Source: an uncultured Collinsella sp. | GTDB lineage: Bacteria > Actinomycetota > Coriobacteriia > Coriobacteriales > Coriobacteriaceae | Reading direction: 5' to 3' | DNA: 39,888 bases | Assembly: GCA_900552735.1 (NCBI GenBank) | Contig: USBA01000001.1 | Location: 1-39,888, forward strand | Shown: in pieces, positions 38,001 through 39,888 of the stretch | Numbering within the stretch: position 1 is the stretch's first letter | Layout of the letters: each line of letters starts with the position of its first letter | Position numbers and translations under genes: made by a program | Notes under the pieces: model-generated | What the model was told of the DNA's origin: nothing | Databases searched by the model: none | Seen by the model: the letters and a program-made list of their open reading frames with translations, nothing else

Positions 38001-39770
38001 ACACTCGTGGACACGGCCAACAACAGCCGCGAATATCACTACACGGTGGGCACGGGCGGCGCGACGTCAGTCAGGCTCACCGAGTTTGTGGACGCTGGCA
38101 ACAAGGCTTACTACACCGAACCGTGGCTGAGCGAAATCGTGGGCGTGAAGGCCGATGAGGCCAAGGAGGACAAGGACGGCGCTTGGGTCAAGCTCGCCGA
38201 TGACGAGGTCAAGGACAAGAGCCAGGCCGAACTCGCGAAGATGGCTGGCGCCAAGGTCGATGGCGCGTACTACCGCGCGCGCACTTCTTCCGACGCGACG
38301 GGCACGTTCTATACCCTCTCCGTTGATAAGGAAGAGCCCAAGAGCGAAAACTTCTACTTGGTGGTGCGCACGCCGGCGGGGTCCGTGGGCGTCAACGGCT
38401 ACACCGCCACCACGGTGGACACGAGCCTCAACGAGCACATCAACTACCTGCTGCGAGGCAAGAAAGCAGCCGACGGCAAGGCTGCCGAGGATGGGCACCA
38501 GAATACGCCCTCGACCTATAGCGTGGCATCAAACTACACGCACAGCCTCGTTGACAACAAGCGTAACCTCGTCGACAACAGGGACAGCATCAGCCGGATG
38601 GAGCTCAAGGAAGCCACCTATTCGCTTTCCATGAACGTGAGCGACACCGTGACGTTTGACTCGAGCCAGCAATACACGAGCTCTGACGCGCTGTATTATC
38701 AGCTCGATTCGTCGCTTGTCACCTATCACGATGGCGTCATCGCGGGCTCGGTAGGATACCCCACGGGCACGCAGGGCACGTATGAGTTCTACGTTAAGGT
38801 GGGTGATAACTACTACACCTGGGGCGGGTCGGGTTGGAGTCTGGCCGGCACGAAGGAGACCCCAGTGGTGTCGGGCCTTAGTTGGACTGCGAACGGTGGC
38901 GACATGTCACTGGTGCTTGCCGATGCTGAGGGTAATCCCATCGACATGTCGGGCCTGCGCGAGATCGCCAAGAACCATGTCAACGCCTTCACCGTTACCA
39001 TGAGGGCCGCGCTCACCATGACGGAGCCTGCCTGCCAGGCGGGTATCGTGGCCTCGCAGAACAGCGGCACCGACCGCTACACCAAACCCAACTACCGCGC
39101 GTACCTTTCCACGCATGCCGACACGCTCAGCACCAGTAGCAACTCGGCATACAACGATGGCGGCGCCGGCTACTACCGTATGGATGTGGGCTCATCGACC
39201 ATCGCGCTCGAGGCGTCTAAGAAATCCCAGTTGGGCATCAACATCGATGACCTCAAGTCCGCTGACGGCGAGATCGCTCTGGTGGGTACCTACGACCTGA
39301 GCAAGCTCACGGGCGCCGAGGCTAAGATCGACGCCGCAAGCACGGTGACCTACACGCTGAGCCTGGAGCAGCGGCAAGATAATGGCGGCTATGCTCCGGT
39401 CGGCGATATCTCGAACTACATTACGGTGCTCGGCAGCGATTACCTAGGCACGGGTGCGGCATCCGCCGACGGCAACAGCTATGTGTTCACCGACACCAAG
39501 ACCAACGGCGCGTTCCTCACGCGCGACGGCAACAGCCTTGCCTTTAAGCATGCCTTCCGCGTTAAAGTGAATACGAATGTTGAGGGTGAGAACCAAACTT
39601 ACGCAAACTACCGCTTGGTGCTTACGGCCAATATTATGACCGGCAACGTTGTCGACGACACACCGGTCAACGTTAGCAACCTTGATGGCTATTCGCACTC
39701 CGACTACGTGACGTACACGCTAGCGCGCATCAACACCGAGGGCATTCGGCACGAGACGAAAACCAACTAG
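29043..39770 (+). CDS. Giant secreted GLUG-like repeat (beta-solenoid) adhesin candidate, 3575 aa
   Basis: Sec signal peptide ending in VFA; acidic linker; many GGLIG/GGLVG/GGIAG repeats; GTYGDPYSV, PFKGTLD and PFRGVIVG motifs; no C-terminal sorting signal. Confidence 0.85.
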   Translation: MRTAKRITTACLTAIMIFQALAPSTEVFAQELDAVMEASVSAARAAGNTARSVQDAVATSLQDADQAASDDAATTPGADAGATEGGDGSTNAGESQDSTTDGTTNGDTPTEGDASQDDAAADEGAADEDQADDADTDAAAQASTDPAIKTAGELDGALVDGKVTVNDAGEVTAITFGSNADLIAISNTDPAIYQNASISKTGLSGVDFDVCGAQAVGDLGNLAFQGFGSDAHPFKGTLDLGGRSLTANKTLFNNIELNDNNGTVKLTWKGTDAQPIVAAKVTGAGKTLSAAITVDKPESGDTSVVKLTSPLVGEVTGELTLDATYSTSANSPLAIGMQSSTGNLGLLANTLTAGASLTIAGLNGLPKSFNGTPTIDATGAGANAGGLIGEAGEGAAVTLASNVDVSALSVAGNNAAGGLIGKATRLTLAVDTDNSGKDASGKDISIKPAHSVGSSSAGTYAGGLIGDASFASDFTIENGTFDFGEGVALSVANTTAAPSVGGLFGVLDISNGDVTVNGGLYKSTLQNGADNSNNNGVRGNYGGLVGKLWGQKYGDALHAFTVKGGAEVSFGVGSNGKLAYAGGLVGYLGEGGGSDNVSAVVISGAAVTCATSGYASNNGKYGGAVGVVDTKNVLEVRGLTVKTASGATIGGTNGGFAGVVGSSWLGIVKFSGITDLSDAAFVENDHTAQLIYENFNSLFFAAGSGSDRGATVGGTAEWQYKRPSKPVKIDDIYSYGQVIRLGDSFITLNPTTHELTLPAPLELTNGVYALASLEDFAKLAITWQTNGYYSMVEGVTENNLNGLKSSTITVNGTIDLKGTGLTGFTQDRANDSQVFSGTLNGGGTIKLAVGEPYGMRGNAPLGVDDISAGNGKIYRHGRLGLFAAINGAAANSETVSNVTIAGSMRFDNGSAIEAGSLAGAIAGGLTLSGATCETNIACDDTFTNDVNIGGIAGSVSAASTVTFRDSSKAQASITATKTLNGNSRIGGAIGYVGNYVSTFNVTGLEVSGKIETGNCTSGKIAQVGGLIGCIAQSTYGADGAIANSAKKDVNITGLSFNSFKMGVGKNGDKLNGVGGLLGYSWGNAVVTIGDDNINKSENSYALKTTNASIIATVDDSKELGGLVYAASGHWIINNYAIDLSGTKINAGAAQTLGVLVCRGCKVDDKTTYGVESYLGLYLEDRAYWDTAYRVPTGEGAIVASGVTSFDEWVGSGVKPNNGSKLMDADWNTVVSLHTQKNKLDMDGDSTKDNSYHNRSSFGRSQNTNGNTRYFYNLDIASKNCGGGFSGSQIDTADKLLLWSAFCYAPAGIRSTIVPDGTTGLDDSITITGTIDLAGYSYYPTQPIGEVTVNNAAITFYYSKIKAEQNGNKLNSDATQHENMHCGLFQTVADGDLTVSNVTLGGTVGPVINDGKSSTDAIGAGGSSSGALVCRYVYGSSDGNGTKIRKISIDDLTLNNLIVDGANSATDANAYMPLLINEMQKYVSLNAKNIKTTGYTSGTKAATSLFGKLGVGSEADQVTAKFEQISLPSQENNTIFTHASLLESFGYGSTSTGSADYTFTKADGDAGKVTYGSEIDGSTEYPGKQLWYYDEATYGAVSGYVTVDGKKDGDVRPWFGDYLPYVYKGKAAEDGVQYHEIKVNQRIPKLVMGCGTYGDPYSVTNAAEMNAIANYINNMTALDGWEVTIVADQGRLCTRRSSDHSTDNEVTYVYKQANGTDNKWEKKTGDASTNSPQTLSDETMHRYMQSAYYSIEPTEGNTITLDGASFGGFGNRANPFRGVIVGNFGSDNKNATIKIENNEGSLRGLIPYSYGSVVRDLNIRYVNASATITYSAKDADGVPTAFFGGVVGCILGGDNIIDGVVVNGTTAENPTTGFTVTGGGDKPHLVPIGGYVGAIAGGGVIFRNMDKSGKSSWRAGTGDKSRGLGKGNFDLYNNPYVGRVIDGYAFSEGCKVENGNANYQINELTKKGTPCVTTTGTDNKYLGTNAEAPVTMVKNAQGLLVLSAIISSGAGAGAAHTNYSNNGVFRGSKAYWGSDSQDPAICGYLFGNKEYGKVRNANYANVGKPESAAGDFEIAKNDDQKAPGKQGWHGPRDHDDDVNSPYLVASYAADYQTGYVCASKSIGMSLEFKQGDTYDMTDYGTGYVGLNGRYYSNACNSNQPGTDRDRITPHVATIDGNGATITVGTEGTAYGVVEYADDDYKVSGVGGLFSTVMFTSTNVGQSVTANDGAQVKDLTFSNCNVALTYIDTNGEAKPGEAPNDLTGAGLLAGATANYDDGTCGIYRNVQMKNCTVSGAKSVGGLLGSSGRARRTTSEDRTYMVEFGDGWGPAYLYDCSYTGLNVTGEKNVGGYVGTVASACGVWTTAGTGVSERTVGKNSTITATGTVPYVGGVLGYVERSDISVNTNIGTTTAAQSSCTAVISGVNVLATGSNSDDHMGAGGVVGRARGGVISMSNVRIDGGNGTENAVIGDKAGTNNSIYNAGGLIGEVTSSGSPNKYWFDDCSVKNVSIAGTGKCSGGLIGYFFSNVNIACNNIAIENATIKGNWSGGLLGANNASNSGSVVIDVTNTKVSNTTFSERSSGGIMGDGRGQFHLLNVLMDSNSYNAGKTQGVLLGEVDTGDGKYSLSAAGVEVKPGSGKTTSDLPPMVYTTNTNTAAVNEKTYIAFGDYNGTAAAPNENKTLYGAGDTATTATSPYVTTRPVSTLAVRASDGDTTDRYLFGDGAAIDTATTIQSQAGARVPGRYTYTNIAGINDAGAYQNTSTYSADSSRSTYNANNITSDKKAKTDFPVLVIPGNDTTTVESYLNIVTNGGFSDARRLNGSTAHVTATAEVFSLADNGTFVKDVAASQAPTLKVLNNGTSSMAFRASTDWDNEQGRFTLLTVTFSEAGQSYRVQVPIIVKRMLEIDFTATYSEGANFKAADYATKYDKHVLVSSGDTMTGYLTWTYGSARGKPVDYGWNTLLEAGGSMGPLNKSITFGATLPEGTQLTLVDTANNSREYHYTVGTGGATSVRLTEFVDAGNKAYYTEPWLSEIVGVKADEAKEDKDGAWVKLADDEVKDKSQAELAKMAGAKVDGAYYRARTSSDATGTFYTLSVDKEEPKSENFYLVVRTPAGSVGVNGYTATTVDTSLNEHINYLLRGKKAADGKAAEDGHQNTPSTYSVASNYTHSLVDNKRNLVDNRDSISRMELKEATYSLSMNVSDTVTFDSSQQYTSSDALYYQLDSSLVTYHDGVIAGSVGYPTGTQGTYEFYVKVGDNYYTWGGSGWSLAGTKETPVVSGLSWTANGGDMSLVLADAEGNPIDMSGLREIAKNHVNAFTVTMRAALTMTEPACQAGIVASQNSGTDRYTKPNYRAYLSTHADTLSTSSNSAYNDGGAGYYRMDVGSSTIALEASKKSQLGINIDDLKSADGEIALVGTYDLSKLTGAEAKIDAASTVTYTLSLEQRQDNGGYAPVGDISNYITVLGSDYLGTGAASADGNSYVFTDTKTNGAFLTRDGNSLAFKHAFRVKVNTNVEGENQTYANYRLVLTANIMTGNVVDDTPVNVSNLDGYSHSDYVTYTLARINTEGIRHETKTN

Positions 39771-39779
39771 CTACGCGAG

Positions 39780-39810
39780 GGGCGGCAACCACCCGGTTGC
39801 CGCCCTTTTT
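39780..39810 (+). terminator. Intrinsic terminator of the four-gene operon
   Basis: GGGCGGCAACC-ACCC-GGTTGCCGCCC followed by TTTTT. Confidence 0.88.
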
Positions 39811-39888
39811 CTTACGGGCTTTAGCCTGTGCGGGGCGCGCAGCGCGCCGCATCAGAAACCACCCGCTATGCGGGTGGGGCCAAACGGC

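Noticed and set aside
23044..39888. tRNA-integrated genomic island or prophage
   Set aside because: No integrase and no duplicated tRNA 3' end seen in the window; bilR has host-like composition. A site beyond the window cannot be excluded.

Overview
High-GC Gram-positive chromosomal segment, probably Coriobacteriia (Collinsella-like). The taxon is inferred from GC content, LAxTG sorting signals and gene content, not verified. Left to right: two tandem sortase-anchored surface proteins; NfnAB-type transhydrogenase; pth, prs and glmU; a CbrT-like ECF transporter (T, fused A-A', S); exodeoxyribonuclease III; a sirtuin; a FolP-FolK fusion; a degenerate biotin-ligase-like protein; coaX; initiator tRNA-Met; an HGDR-motif old-yellow-enzyme protein (bilirubin reductase BilR-like, long form); and a four-gene operon of three SipW/TasA-type signal-peptide proteins plus a 3575-aa secreted GLUG-like repeat protein. 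The most unusual features are (1) three intergenic arrays built from one 16-bp motif in alternating orientation with an invariant 25-nt inner spacer (10 units in total), (2) two tandem ~250-bp units with a conserved core but unrelated inverted-repeat arms, and (3) the putative sortase-independent fibre/adhesin operon. No transposase, integrase or cas gene is recognisable in the window.
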